The position numbers and the translations under genes were made by a program. The notes beneath the pieces are model-generated. The model ran no database searches. It saw only the letters and a list, made by a program, of their open reading frames with translations, and had not been told where the DNA came from. From Acidimicrobiia bacterium (lineage in GTDB: Bacteria > Actinomycetota > Acidimicrobiia > Spongiisociales > UBA5794): a stretch of 64,000 bases of DNA. Below are positions 48,448-57,850 of the stretch, piece after piece. The stretch's first letter is position 1. Each line of letters opens with the position of its first letter. The stretch is from NCBI GenBank assembly GCA_024762335.1, contig JANTHO010000004.1:5614-69613 (forward strand), written 5' to 3'.

Positions 48448-49227
48448 TCAGGCGGTCGATTCCGGTGCAGTCACGATCCCGAACGACGGACCCTGCGGGT
48501 CGCTGATGACGGCCATCCGGCCGAACTGCGTGTCCCACGGCTCTCGCGGGATTGTGGCCCCCAGCGTGCGGGCTCGCTCGACCGCTTCGTCGGTGCCGTC
48601 GACGGCGAACCAAACGAACCAGTGCGCGGGCACCTCATCTGGGAGGATTCCGGTGACGTCGTAGATTCCGCCGTTCGACCTGCCTCCAACGGTCACAACG
48701 GTGTACTCGAAATCGTCGAACGTCTGCACGTCGACACCCCAACCGAGAAGGTCTGCGTAGAAGGCCGTCGCCGCGTCGGTGTCTCGACACGCCAATTCGT
48801 TCCACGTCATCGCCCCTGGGACGTTGAACGTTCCGGCGCCGCCGTGCTGCCCCGGTTGCCAGAAGCCAACCGCTGCACCGACCGGGTCGATGATGAACAG
48901 CATCCGCCCGGCATCGGGGACGTCCATGGGTTCCATCAACAGTGTTGCTCCGAGCTCCCGTGCCCTGGCTGCAACCGCGTCGACGTCGTGGACGATCACA
49001 TACGAGGACCACACCGGCGGCTGTCCTGCTTCGATGTCTTCGTCCCGGAGCTGCCCCATGCCCGCAACCGGCTGGTCACCGAGCATGAACATCGTGTATG
49101 GCATGGAGTCCCCGGCCGGTGGCTCGATGGCGGTCCATCCGAACATTCCGGTGTAGAAATCTCTCGCCCGGTCGGTGTCCGGGACTGCAACGTCGGCCCA
49201 GCCGAAGGTGCCGTTGGGCAAGCTCAT
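48448..49227 (-). CDS. Two-domain VOC/glyoxalase protein (Rv0577/CFP32-like)
   Basis: GTFGWADV..FYTGMFGW, WSSY, DPVGA..FWQ, GAMTWNEL, HWFVWF, SDPQG. Confidence 0.88.
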   Translation of the reverse strand: MSLPNGTFGWADVAVPDTDRARDFYTGMFGWTAIEPPAGDSMPYTMFMLGDQPVAGMGQLRDEDIEAGQPPVWSSYVIVHDVDAVAARARELGATLLMEPMDVPDAGRMLFIIDPVGAAVGFWQPGQHGGAGTFNVPGAMTWNELACRDTDAATAFYADLLGWGVDVQTFDDFEYTVVTVGGRSNGGIYDVTGILPDEVPAHWFVWFAVDGTDEAVERARTLGATIPREPWDTQFGRMAVISDPQGPSFGIVTAPESTA

Positions 49228-49323
49228 GTGGTTCTTCTCACTTCCGTCGCCTCCAGTGAGCGTACGCGCGATTTGAATGGTCGGCACGAACTCTTTCGGC
49301 TTTGCGTCCATTGCCGGTACCGT

Positions 49324-50460
49324 ATGGGGATCATGTTCGTCCGGCCGATCCTCCGTTCGTCGATGTTCGTCTCGGTAGCGATGGCGCTGGTCGCGGTCAC
49401 CGTGTTCGTCCAAGCCCCGCAGGCGACGGCGGCTTCGGCTCCCGACTTCTGCAGTTCGGTCGGGGCGTACTCCGAAGCGCGGTACGGCGTGTTGGTCCCC
49501 GGGATGATGCCGGCACAGGATCCCGGAATCATCGCCGACGATCCCGACGCGGAGACGTCTCCGCTCGCTCCGGTCCGCTTCCCCGACGAGACGGGTCTGT
49601 GGGCGGCTTCGGGAATTCACGGCGATGACCTCGTCGTTGCCGTGGCCGAGCCGGAGGCTCGGAACGCCATCTTCACGGACCTCGGACCAGGACGGCACGA
49701 CCGCTCGGTCTCAGACTCGATCGTGCGCCTCTACTGCGGTCTGCTCGGTCGGCATCCAGAAGCCCTCGACCTCGACTATTGGGCCCGCCGGTACTGGAAC
49801 GGTGTGCCGCTCGTCTCAATCGCCGAGGCCTTCACGACGAGCAGCGAGTTCGTCGAACGGTTCGGCGATCCGACCGATGAGGAACTGGTCACACTGCTCT
49901 ACCGGTCGGTTCTCCAACGCGAGCCCCGCGACGGAGCCATCGAACCGTTCAGTGAGCTGCTGCGCTCTGGGGAAATGACCCGTGGCGAGCTCGTTGTTGC
50001 CTTCACGGACTCGCCCGAATTCGTCGCCATGACCGGAACCGTCACTCCCGAGAAGCCACCGCTGCCGTATCCGGCCGTCGGTTCAGGCAGGCGCATCATC
50101 TACGCAAACCGGGAAGCGCGGGTGTGGTTCGTCGACGCCACCGGTGAACTCGTCAAGACTCACCAGGTGTCCGGGAGGCGGGGAGTGCCGACGCCGGATC
50201 GCTACCGGGTGTACTCGAAGTCGCGGCATGCGTGGGCGCCGCACGACAACGTCACGATGGAGTACATGGTGCGATTCGCGAGGGAAGAGTGGCCGTACGG
50301 ATTCCATTCGATTCCAATCCATGAGGATCGTTCACCGTTCCAGACGAAAGAGCAACTCGGGACGTTGCGATCCGGCGGCTGCGTCCGTCAGGACTTCGAC
50401 GACGCCAAGTGGACCTTCGAATGGGCCCACGTCGGCGACCGCGTGATCATGCTGCCGTAA
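49324..50460 (+). CDS. Secreted DUF4214 + L,D-transpeptidase protein
   Basis: RLYCGLLGR.P...DYW, FTTSSEF, LYRSVLQREP, FTDSPEF; catalytic GFHSIP...SGGCVR; start 49324 or 49333. Confidence 0.85.
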   Translation: MGIMFVRPILRSSMFVSVAMALVAVTVFVQAPQATAASAPDFCSSVGAYSEARYGVLVPGMMPAQDPGIIADDPDAETSPLAPVRFPDETGLWAASGIHGDDLVVAVAEPEARNAIFTDLGPGRHDRSVSDSIVRLYCGLLGRHPEALDLDYWARRYWNGVPLVSIAEAFTTSSEFVERFGDPTDEELVTLLYRSVLQREPRDGAIEPFSELLRSGEMTRGELVVAFTDSPEFVAMTGTVTPEKPPLPYPAVGSGRRIIYANREARVWFVDATGELVKTHQVSGRRGVPTPDRYRVYSKSRHAWAPHDNVTMEYMVRFAREEWPYGFHSIPIHEDRSPFQTKEQLGTLRSGGCVRQDFDDAKWTFEWAHVGDRVIMLP

Positions 50461-50472
50461 CGGCGGGCTCTG

Positions 50473-51330
50473 CTACACCACGACGACGTCGGCGAATCCG
50501 GCGGCTCGGAAACGATCTCCGATCGTGACCATCTGATCCGGGCTCGACTCGACGAGATAGTCGAAACCCCTTCGTACCCCGTGTCTTCTGAATCCGATGA
50601 CGACGACGCGCGTCCCGGGGTCGATCGCACGGAGCCACGCGGCGGTCCGATCGACGGTCCCGTCGTCGTCGTTGTATCCCGGCATGATGAGGAGACGTAC
50701 TTCATGGAGTCGACCGATTCCGGCGAGGTGGCGAATCGAGTCGAGAACGGGCATGTTCGACGCCGCCGTGAGCTGGACATGGGTCGCATCATCGAGTGCT
50801 TTGAGGTCGATCATGGCGCCGTCCATCACCGGTGCGAGCCGATCCCAGACGTGCCGAGGCGCCGAACCGTTCGAGTCGATGAATGTCGTGAGATGGGAAA
50901 GCTCCGGGTCGGCCTTCACCGTCGAGAACAGCTCGAAGATGAAATCTGCCTGGAGGGTCGCTTCGCCGCCGGACACGGTGATGCCGGAGATGAACTTCGC
51001 CGTCTCGCGGATCTGTTCGACGAGATCTTCAACGGTGGTCTCATAGGCGAGCGGGGTTGCGTCGAACGGGCAGACGTCGATGCAAACGTCGCAGCTCGTG
51101 CATGTCTCCCGATCGACCACGACGAACGGTCCCGGTTCGATGGTCAAAGCGTCTTCCGGACAAGGCCGGACGCAGAGGCCGCAGTGGTTGCAGTCGGTGA
51201 TCGTGTACGGGTTGTGGCAGCCGGCGCAATCGAAATTGCAGCCCTGTACGAAGATCACGAACCGGTTCCCCGGCCCGTCCACCGTCGAGAAGCGCAGAAC
51301 CTTATTGAGGCGGCCGAGTGTGGTGTTCAC
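50473..51330 (-). CDS. yjjW: YjjW-family glycyl-radical enzyme activating radical-SAM protein
   Basis: FSTVDGPGNRFVIFVQGCNFDCAGCHNP, ferredoxin insert CNHCGLC..C / CTSCDVC..C, ITVSGGEAT, FIDSNG, MIDLK. Confidence 0.9.
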   Translation of the reverse strand: MNTTLGRLNKVLRFSTVDGPGNRFVIFVQGCNFDCAGCHNPYTITDCNHCGLCVRPCPEDALTIEPGPFVVVDRETCTSCDVCIDVCPFDATPLAYETTVEDLVEQIRETAKFISGITVSGGEATLQADFIFELFSTVKADPELSHLTTFIDSNGSAPRHVWDRLAPVMDGAMIDLKALDDATHVQLTAASNMPVLDSIRHLAGIGRLHEVRLLIMPGYNDDDGTVDRTAAWLRAIDPGTRVVVIGFRRHGVRRGFDYLVESSPDQMVTIGDRFRAAGFADVVVV

Positions 51331-52855
51331 GGATGAGGACGCGTTTGGTCGTGCGATCGAGGACATGCGAGTTCTTGACCGAGCCGGCGCCGAACACGGT
51401 CGACGAATGCCTCCCGCCTTCGTCGGCGAATGCCTCAATGTCGGATTTGCGGACGAGGTAGCCGGTGATCCGGATGAAACCGTTGGAATCGAGATTGAAC
51501 GTGAAGTCCCGCATGCCCTCTTCGAAGGCTCCCCTGATGATGTCGACGACGGCCTGCGGGTTCCTGCGGGCGGTGTCCTCGACGTGGAAGATGTCACTCA
51601 CACCCGCCATGAAGACGTCGTGGTGGGGCGCGACGCATGCGATGTGCTCGTACATCGATGGTTCCGTTCCGATGGGGATGCGTGTTCCTGCCGTCACTTC
51701 GAGGTCGATGTCGATGCCCGACTGCGAATGCAGCATGCAATGTCCGGCGTTTCCTTCGCAGTACGGCATCTCGCGTTCGGCAACCTGGTCGGCGACCGCT
51801 CGAACGATGCGATGGGAGAGGGCGTTCGCCTCGTCGTCATGACCGTAGGTTCCGTTGCGGCCGGCGTTCGCCATCAGCACGTCGACGCATTCGGCGAGTC
51901 CGAACACGCCGTACATCGCAGAGAAGCGGTCGAGCGAGATCAAACCCTCGCGAACAAGGAAGTCATGTTCGTAGAACCGGGCCTCTTCGACGAGATACCG
52001 GATTCGCGCCTCGATGAGTTCGGCGTTGAGTTCCACATAGTGCGGCAAGGTTTCGGCGAAGAACGCCTCGGTGTCGCCGGTGTGGAGGAGTGCAACTTCC
52101 TTCAGATTGATGCGGTTGAGGGTGTGCGAACCGCCCCCGATCCGCAGCGAGTTGTAGCAACTGACCGCCGCGTAGTCCTCATCTCCGAAATCGCGAACCA
52201 TGAGTGGATGGTTGACGAAGTGAGGTTTCGCGGTCTCGAAGACCGTTTCGACCGCGTCACGCACGAGATCGTCGGGGGTGACATCCGGGTCGACCTTGAA
52301 CGTCAGGTTCGGCACGACCTGCAGCAACTCACGTTCCACGCGCAAGATGGTGCGGATGATGCGGCCGTCCGCGGGGCCGATGTCCGCATGAGCGAACGCG
52401 TCGGGGAGGATCCGATCGATCGCGATCCAGAAGCGTTTGATCGACTCGTACAGATGCTCATCTGAGACACCGGCGAGGTACGGTGCGAGCACCTTGTCGA
52501 GATCGCCGAGATAGACCGGGTAGCCGGTGATGGACGGGACCTGGGTGTACATGATGAGCAGAAAACTGAGCGCATCGTCGAGAGTCTCCGGCGGTTCGAG
52601 CTCCAGGAATTCGGACCCGTTCCGCAGGGCCTTGGCGTAGTCGGGCAGGATGTATCGAGCCCGGTAGGGGGCGTGACCTTCGTACATATCGCAGATGACG
52701 CGCTTGTTGAGCGCTTCGCTTGCTTCCTCCGAGAGCGGTGGGTAGCCGAGGGCCTCTTCGGCGAGTCCTGCCAGATAGTGACGTCGCTGATGGAAAGTCA
52801 GATGAGGGTCGTTCACGATTGCTCGCGCCCGAACCTGAAACTCTTCGTTGTTCAT
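51302..52855 (-). CDS. yjjI: YjjI-family (DUF3029) short glycyl-radical enzyme
   Basis: ICDMYEGHAPYRARY.LPDY, VPSITGYPVYLG, PDAFAHA.IGP, VSCYNSL, glycyl loop RITGY; GGGAGG RBS before ATG 52855. Confidence 0.9.
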   Translation of the reverse strand: MNNEEFQVRARAIVNDPHLTFHQRRHYLAGLAEEALGYPPLSEEASEALNKRVICDMYEGHAPYRARYILPDYAKALRNGSEFLELEPPETLDDALSFLLIMYTQVPSITGYPVYLGDLDKVLAPYLAGVSDEHLYESIKRFWIAIDRILPDAFAHADIGPADGRIIRTILRVERELLQVVPNLTFKVDPDVTPDDLVRDAVETVFETAKPHFVNHPLMVRDFGDEDYAAVSCYNSLRIGGGSHTLNRINLKEVALLHTGDTEAFFAETLPHYVELNAELIEARIRYLVEEARFYEHDFLVREGLISLDRFSAMYGVFGLAECVDVLMANAGRNGTYGHDDEANALSHRIVRAVADQVAEREMPYCEGNAGHCMLHSQSGIDIDLEVTAGTRIPIGTEPSMYEHIACVAPHHDVFMAGVSDIFHVEDTARRNPQAVVDIIRGAFEEGMRDFTFNLDSNGFIRITGYLVRKSDIEAFADEGGRHSSTVFGAGSVKNSHVLDRTTKRVLIREHHTRPPQ

Positions 52856-52946
52856 GCCGCCTCCCGCATGACCCCCATCATATGGGATGGATGTTGACTC
52901 GGCCCCAACTATTCCGCTGTGTTCCACCGCACCTACCATTCTGTCC

Positions 52947-54764
52947 ATGGCCGCCCGCACCGAACATCGCTCCGAGCCGCCCCGGCTGTGGGACGTGCTC
53001 AAAGGGGGAAGCCGCCTGATCCGGCGCTTCGTGCACTGGCATCCCTGGTCGTTCACGCTCGCCGTTCTCGGTGCCGCCCTGTTCGTGTCGGCGATCGTGG
53101 CGTCCGCGGTCGTCGTTGGGAAGATCACCGACCTCGTGATCATCCCGGTTCTCGAAGGCGGAGAGGAGATCGGAAACAAGGTCGAGCTGGCCGTCCTCGC
53201 TGTGATGGGGGTCGCACTGTGGAAGGCCATCGGGATCACGCTGCGCAGGACGGCGGCGAGCGCCCTCCAGTTCCGAACACGGGCCGACGCCCGTGAAAAA
53301 CTCATCGAACATCAGCTGCGGCTGCAGCTGGCATGGCACGACCGTCGTTCGACCGGTGATCTGCTCTCCGTCAGCGAGGTCGATACGCAGACCGGCACGT
53401 TCGTACTCGCCCCGCTGCCGTACGCGACCGGTGCGTCGCTGCTGCTCATCGGAACCATCGTCCTCGTATTCGCGACGCACTGGGTCCTGGGCATCATCGC
53501 TCTCGTCGGGTTGCTGTTGCTCGTATCGATCGACATCAGGGGGGCGTTCTCGCTGTTCACCGATTTCGAAGAAGCGCAGTACGAGCGGGGCGCCGTCAGC
53601 GAGATTGCCCACGAGAGCATCGACGGCGCCCTCACCGTCAAGGCGCTCGGCCGGGAGAAGGAGGAGACGGAACGGTTCAGCCGGGCCGCATCCACGCTGC
53701 AGGAACGGCTGATCGACATTGGTGTCCGGTTCGCTGGTTTCCGGGCGATCGTCGAATCATTGCCCGCCGCGATGACGATCATCATCCTCGTTGTCGGCGC
53801 GGTCCTGGCGACGAACGGTGCCATCACCGCCGGACAGATCGTCTCCGTGGCGTACCTCCTCACGCTGATGGCGTTCCCGCTGCAACTGATCGGGTTCGTC
53901 ATCTTCGAGATGGCGCACAGTCAGGCTGCGTGGACCCGGGTGCAGGAGATCCTCGACGCCGAGGAACTGGTCGACCATGGCACGCTCGAAGCACGCACCG
54001 TCGCGGACGGGGCCGAACTCGAATCGAAGGACGTTCACTTCTCATACACCGACGGCGAGCCGGTCCTGAGCGACATCCAATTCGAGATCCCCGCCGGCCA
54101 CACCGTCGCCGTCGTTGGACCGACCGCCTCGGGGAAGTCGACGCTCGCCATGCTGCTGGCCCGCCTGTGGGATCCCGACGGTGGATCCATCCGGATCGAC
54201 GGCCGCGATGTTCGGGAGTTCGCTCGCACCGAACTGGCACTCGAGGTTGCTTACGTCGCCCAGGAGTCGTTCCTCTTCGACGACACCGTGTGGGGCAACG
54301 TGACGCTCGGATCGGACGTGCCTGAAGAGGATGTCCTCCGTGCGATGCGCCTCGCCGGTGTCGAACGGTTCATCACCGAACTCCCCGACGGCTACGACAC
54401 ACGTATCGGCGAGCGGGGGACCGCCCTCTCGGGAGGCCAGCGTCAGCGGATCGCACTCGCACGGGCTCTCGTGCGGAGGCCCCGGGTCCTCGTACTCGAC
54501 GATGCCACGTCGGCGGTCGATCCGTCCGTCGAGATCGAGATCCTCCGCGGGCTCCAGGGGGCCGAACTGCCGTCGACGGTCGTCATCGTCGCATACCGGC
54601 GGTCATCGATCATGCTCACCGACGAGGTCGTCTTCATGGAAGAGGGACGGGTCGTCGCTCACGGAAGTCATGAGGAACTCCTCGCGTCCCAACCCGGATA
54701 TGAGCGGCTCCTTCGCGCATACGAAGAGGATGCCGCACGGCGCGAAGAGGAGCGGGGCGAATGA
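52947..54764 (+). CDS. Heterodimeric ABC exporter subunit (TMD+NBD, degenerate catalytic site)
   Basis: GPTASGKST, LSGGQRQR, Walker B LDD (no Glu), H-loop VAY (no His); ATG is 7 nt after TACCAT. Confidence 0.9.
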   Translation: MAARTEHRSEPPRLWDVLKGGSRLIRRFVHWHPWSFTLAVLGAALFVSAIVASAVVVGKITDLVIIPVLEGGEEIGNKVELAVLAVMGVALWKAIGITLRRTAASALQFRTRADAREKLIEHQLRLQLAWHDRRSTGDLLSVSEVDTQTGTFVLAPLPYATGASLLLIGTIVLVFATHWVLGIIALVGLLLLVSIDIRGAFSLFTDFEEAQYERGAVSEIAHESIDGALTVKALGREKEETERFSRAASTLQERLIDIGVRFAGFRAIVESLPAAMTIIILVVGAVLATNGAITAGQIVSVAYLLTLMAFPLQLIGFVIFEMAHSQAAWTRVQEILDAEELVDHGTLEARTVADGAELESKDVHFSYTDGEPVLSDIQFEIPAGHTVAVVGPTASGKSTLAMLLARLWDPDGGSIRIDGRDVREFARTELALEVAYVAQESFLFDDTVWGNVTLGSDVPEEDVLRAMRLAGVERFITELPDGYDTRIGERGTALSGGQRQRIALARALVRRPRVLVLDDATSAVDPSVEIEILRGLQGAELPSTVVIVAYRRSSIMLTDEVVFMEEGRVVAHGSHEELLASQPGYERLLRAYEEDAARREEERGE

Positions 54765-56515
54765 ACCGCTCCACCGGCAACGTTCTCCGCAGGGCATTCC
54801 GCGTCGCTCCTGCCCTCTCGAAGGGGCTCTGGCTCACCCTCACTCTCGCCGTGTTGGGAACGGCTCTCCAGCTCGTCGTGCCGGTCACCGTCCAGCGGAT
54901 CATCGACTCGGTCCTGCTCGCAAGCGGCGGCGTCGACGTGACGTCTGCGGTCACGTCCGGAGCAATCGCACTTCTAGCCGTCGGCCTCGCGATGTGGGCA
55001 AGACGCACCTCCCTCGCGAGGCTCGCTCGATCGTCCGTCACCGGCCTCACCGACCTCCGCATCACGACGTTCAGACATCTCCACAAACTCTCGATGCTCC
55101 ACGTTCAGGCCGAACGCCGCGGCGCCCTCGTCAGCCGTGTCACCTCCGACATCGAGACGATGCAACAGTTCATGGAGTGGGGCGGCGTGGGGATGATATT
55201 GGGAGCCGCCCAGATCTCCCTCGCCGTCATCGTCATGCTCGTCTACGAGTGGCGGCTCGCCCTGATGATCGCCGCCGGCGTCGTGGTGTATTCGCTCCTG
55301 CTGATCTGGTTCCAGCGGATCCTCCGCCGCGCCCACGACAACGTTCGTGAACGGGTGGCCGACTCGCTGTCCGTCATCGGTGAAGCCACCGCCGGACTCC
55401 CGACGGTTCGCGCATTCGGCATGGAATCCGTGGTAATGCGGAAGGTCACGAGGGCACTCGATCGCCAGTACCGGGCCGAGTACGGCGCAGGGGCACTCGC
55501 CGCGGTGCTGTTCTCATCGGCAGAGCTGTTCGCAGGCGTCATCACGGCGTCCGTGGTGGGTGTCGGCGTCACCTTCGGCCTGTCGTGGGGTCTCAGCGCC
55601 GGAACGCTCGTGGCGTTCCTGTTCCTCGTGACCCTGCTCGTCGAACCGGTCCAGATGCTCGTCGAGACAATCAACCAGGCCCAGTCGGCCGGCGCCGGGC
55701 TGCGCAAAGTCCTTGCGCTCATCGACACACCGATCGAAATCGAAGATCCCGTCGACGGCGTGGCACTGCCGGACCGGCCGCTCGACGTCTCCTTCGACGG
55801 AGTGCGTTTCCGCTATCCAACCGGGGACGATGTGCTCACCAATGTGACGGTCTCGATCGGCGCCGGAGAGCGAGTCGCTGTTGTGGGCGAGACCGGATCG
55901 GGCAAGACGACGTTCGCGAAGTTGGCAACCCGGCTACTGGACCCTGCCGACGGAGCGATCAGCATCGCCGGGGTGCCGGTGGATCATGTGCGTTTCGATT
56001 CGCTCCGCTCCCGGGTCTCATACGTGCCACAGGAGGGGTTCCTGTTCGATGGAACGATCGCCGACAACGTCCGTTACGGGAATCCGAGCGCAGACGATGC
56101 GGCGGTCCGTGAGGGATTTGCCGACCTCGGTCTTCTGGAGTGGATCGACTCGCTCCCGGCAGGGATCGACACACAGGTGGGCGAGCGGGGGAGCAACCTC
56201 TCAGCCGGTGAGCGTCAGCTTGTTGCCGTGGTACGGGCATGGATCGCGAATCCGGATCTTCTCGTGCTCGACGAGGCCACATCGGCCGTCGATCCTGCAC
56301 TCGAAGTGCAGATCCGCAGGGCGATCGATCGGCTCACGACCGGACGCACGTCCATCACCGTGGCCCACCGTCTGTCGACGGCGGAAGCATCCGACACGGT
56401 CCTCGTCTTCGACGAGGGGCTGCTCGTCGAGCGCGGCGCACACGACGAGCTGGTCGCGGCAGGCGGTGTTTACGCCGATCTCCACCGGGATTGGGAAGGC
56501 GCCGTTTCCGAGTAG
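54761..56515 (+). CDS. Heterodimeric ABC exporter subunit (TMD+NBD, consensus catalytic site)
   Basis: GETGSGKTT, LSAGERQ, LDEATS, VAHR; ATGA overlap with its partner. Confidence 0.9.
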   Translation: MNRSTGNVLRRAFRVAPALSKGLWLTLTLAVLGTALQLVVPVTVQRIIDSVLLASGGVDVTSAVTSGAIALLAVGLAMWARRTSLARLARSSVTGLTDLRITTFRHLHKLSMLHVQAERRGALVSRVTSDIETMQQFMEWGGVGMILGAAQISLAVIVMLVYEWRLALMIAAGVVVYSLLLIWFQRILRRAHDNVRERVADSLSVIGEATAGLPTVRAFGMESVVMRKVTRALDRQYRAEYGAGALAAVLFSSAELFAGVITASVVGVGVTFGLSWGLSAGTLVAFLFLVTLLVEPVQMLVETINQAQSAGAGLRKVLALIDTPIEIEDPVDGVALPDRPLDVSFDGVRFRYPTGDDVLTNVTVSIGAGERVAVVGETGSGKTTFAKLATRLLDPADGAISIAGVPVDHVRFDSLRSRVSYVPQEGFLFDGTIADNVRYGNPSADDAAVREGFADLGLLEWIDSLPAGIDTQVGERGSNLSAGERQLVAVVRAWIANPDLLVLDEATSAVDPALEVQIRRAIDRLTTGRTSITVAHRLSTAEASDTVLVFDEGLLVERGAHDELVAAGGVYADLHRDWEGAVSE

Positions 56516-56560
56516 GCCATGATCCGCCGGCGTCTGATCGAGATGTCGGACACACTTCAT

Positions 56561-56586
56561 GTGACCGATTTGATCCGTGCCGCGTC
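56561..56586 (+). promoter_or_regulatory. Possible ECF-sigma promoter GTGACC-N16-CGTC
   Basis: Spacing and CGTC -10 resemble ECF promoters; lies just upstream of the operon encoding an ECF sigma. Confidence 0.3.
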
Positions 56587-56622
56587 ATACCGGGTGAACG
56601 AAAGCTACAAAGGAGTTCTTCG

Positions 56623-56829
56623 ATGAAGAATGAAGCGAGTTGGGATCGGATCGTACGCGTCGTCGCCGGTGTTGCCCTGGTCGGGTTCGGTCTTGGTGTC
56701 TTTGCGTCGCCGTGGAGCTGGATCGCTGCCGTGGTCGGTGCGGTACTGCTCGTGACCGGTATCGTCGGCACCTGCCCGCTCTACGCCCTGCTCCGCATCC
56801 GGACCAACGGCGGCGAAGCGAGCAACTGA
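56623..56829 (+). CDS. DUF2892 (YgaP-like) membrane protein
   Basis: MKNE..WDRIVRVVAG...TGIVGTCPLYALL.I.T; AAGGAG RBS. Confidence 0.9.
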   Translation: MKNEASWDRIVRVVAGVALVGFGLGVFASPWSWIAAVVGAVLLVTGIVGTCPLYALLRIRTNGGEASN

Positions 56830-56858
56830 ATCCGGCGGCGAACCCCTGGAGCAACGCG

Positions 56859-57296
56859 ATGAAGACGGCGCGACCCCAAATTCTCTACTTCTACGGACCG
56901 GACTGTCCGGTGTGCAAGACGATGGCGCCGTTCATCGACGAAGCGGGCGAGAAGTTTGAGGGTCGCGTCGATCTGAAGAAGGTGAACACCGCGACGGATC
57001 GGCAACTTGCGAGCCGATACCGGGTGATGGCGGTCCCCACGACGGTCGCTCTCTCCGGCGGCAACGAAGTGACGAGGATCGTGGGGGCGAGAACGCCCGG
57101 TGGTCTGCGGCGCCTCTTCGAGTCGGCGGAGACCGGCGAAGTTCTCGAATCGGGGATTTCGCCGACCGACCGTTGGATCAGGATCGGCGTCGCTGCTGGA
57201 TTCGCTGGATTCGCTGTGTGGACCGGCGTGTGGCTCCTGTGGATCCTCGCTGTCGCGGCGCTCGTGTTTGCGTTCTGGGACAAGCTTCGGCGGTGA
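56859..57296 (+). CDS. Thioredoxin-like protein (CPVC) with C-terminal DUF2892-like membrane hairpin
   Basis: FYGPDCPVCKTM, YRVMAVPT; tail DRWIRIG...2 TMs. Confidence 0.82.
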   Translation: MKTARPQILYFYGPDCPVCKTMAPFIDEAGEKFEGRVDLKKVNTATDRQLASRYRVMAVPTTVALSGGNEVTRIVGARTPGGLRRLFESAETGEVLESGISPTDRWIRIGVAAGFAGFAVWTGVWLLWILAVAALVFAFWDKLRR

Positions 57297-57331
57297 CCGT
57301 TGTGCGGGCGACCCGATAGCGTCGTGATGAG

Positions 57332-57850
57332 ATGCACCAGCGCAGGGAACCGCAACTCGATCCCGGTCGGCTCTTCGACACGTTTGTCGACGGCGTCTAC
57401 ACGCTTGCCTACCGGATCGTACGTGACCGCCACCACGCGGAGGATGTCGTCCAGGAGACGTTCATCAAAGTCGTTCGGTCCATCGGAACGTACCGGGGCG
57501 ACGGTCCGATCGCCGCGTGGATCTACCGCATCGCGTATCGCGAAGCGATCACGGTCACACGGCGGCGAACCGAGGAGCCGGTCGACCCGGTTGAGGCACT
57601 GGTCCGGGCCGAACGGGCCGGCGGAAGCGTCGAGGAGCAGGTGTTGGCGGGAGAACTCGCCATCCGGCTCGACGAGGCGATCGGCACGCTCACGGAACCG
57701 GTCCGGGCGGCGTTCGTACTGCGGGACGTCGAAGGGCTCTCGACCGCGGACGTCGCTGTCGCCCTCGACGTTTCGGAATCGGCAGTCAAGATGCGGCTCG
57801 CCCGTGCCCGGGAGTCGCTCCGCATGCAACTGGAGGAGTATCTGAGATGA
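57332..57850 (+). CDS. ECF sigma-70 factor
   Basis: AEDVVQETF, AWIYRIA, LRDVEGLSTADVA..L.VSESAVKMRLARAR. Confidence 0.92.
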   Translation: MHQRREPQLDPGRLFDTFVDGVYTLAYRIVRDRHHAEDVVQETFIKVVRSIGTYRGDGPIAAWIYRIAYREAITVTRRRTEEPVDPVEALVRAERAGGSVEEQVLAGELAIRLDEAIGTLTEPVRAAFVLRDVEGLSTADVAVALDVSESAVKMRLARARESLRMQLEEYLR

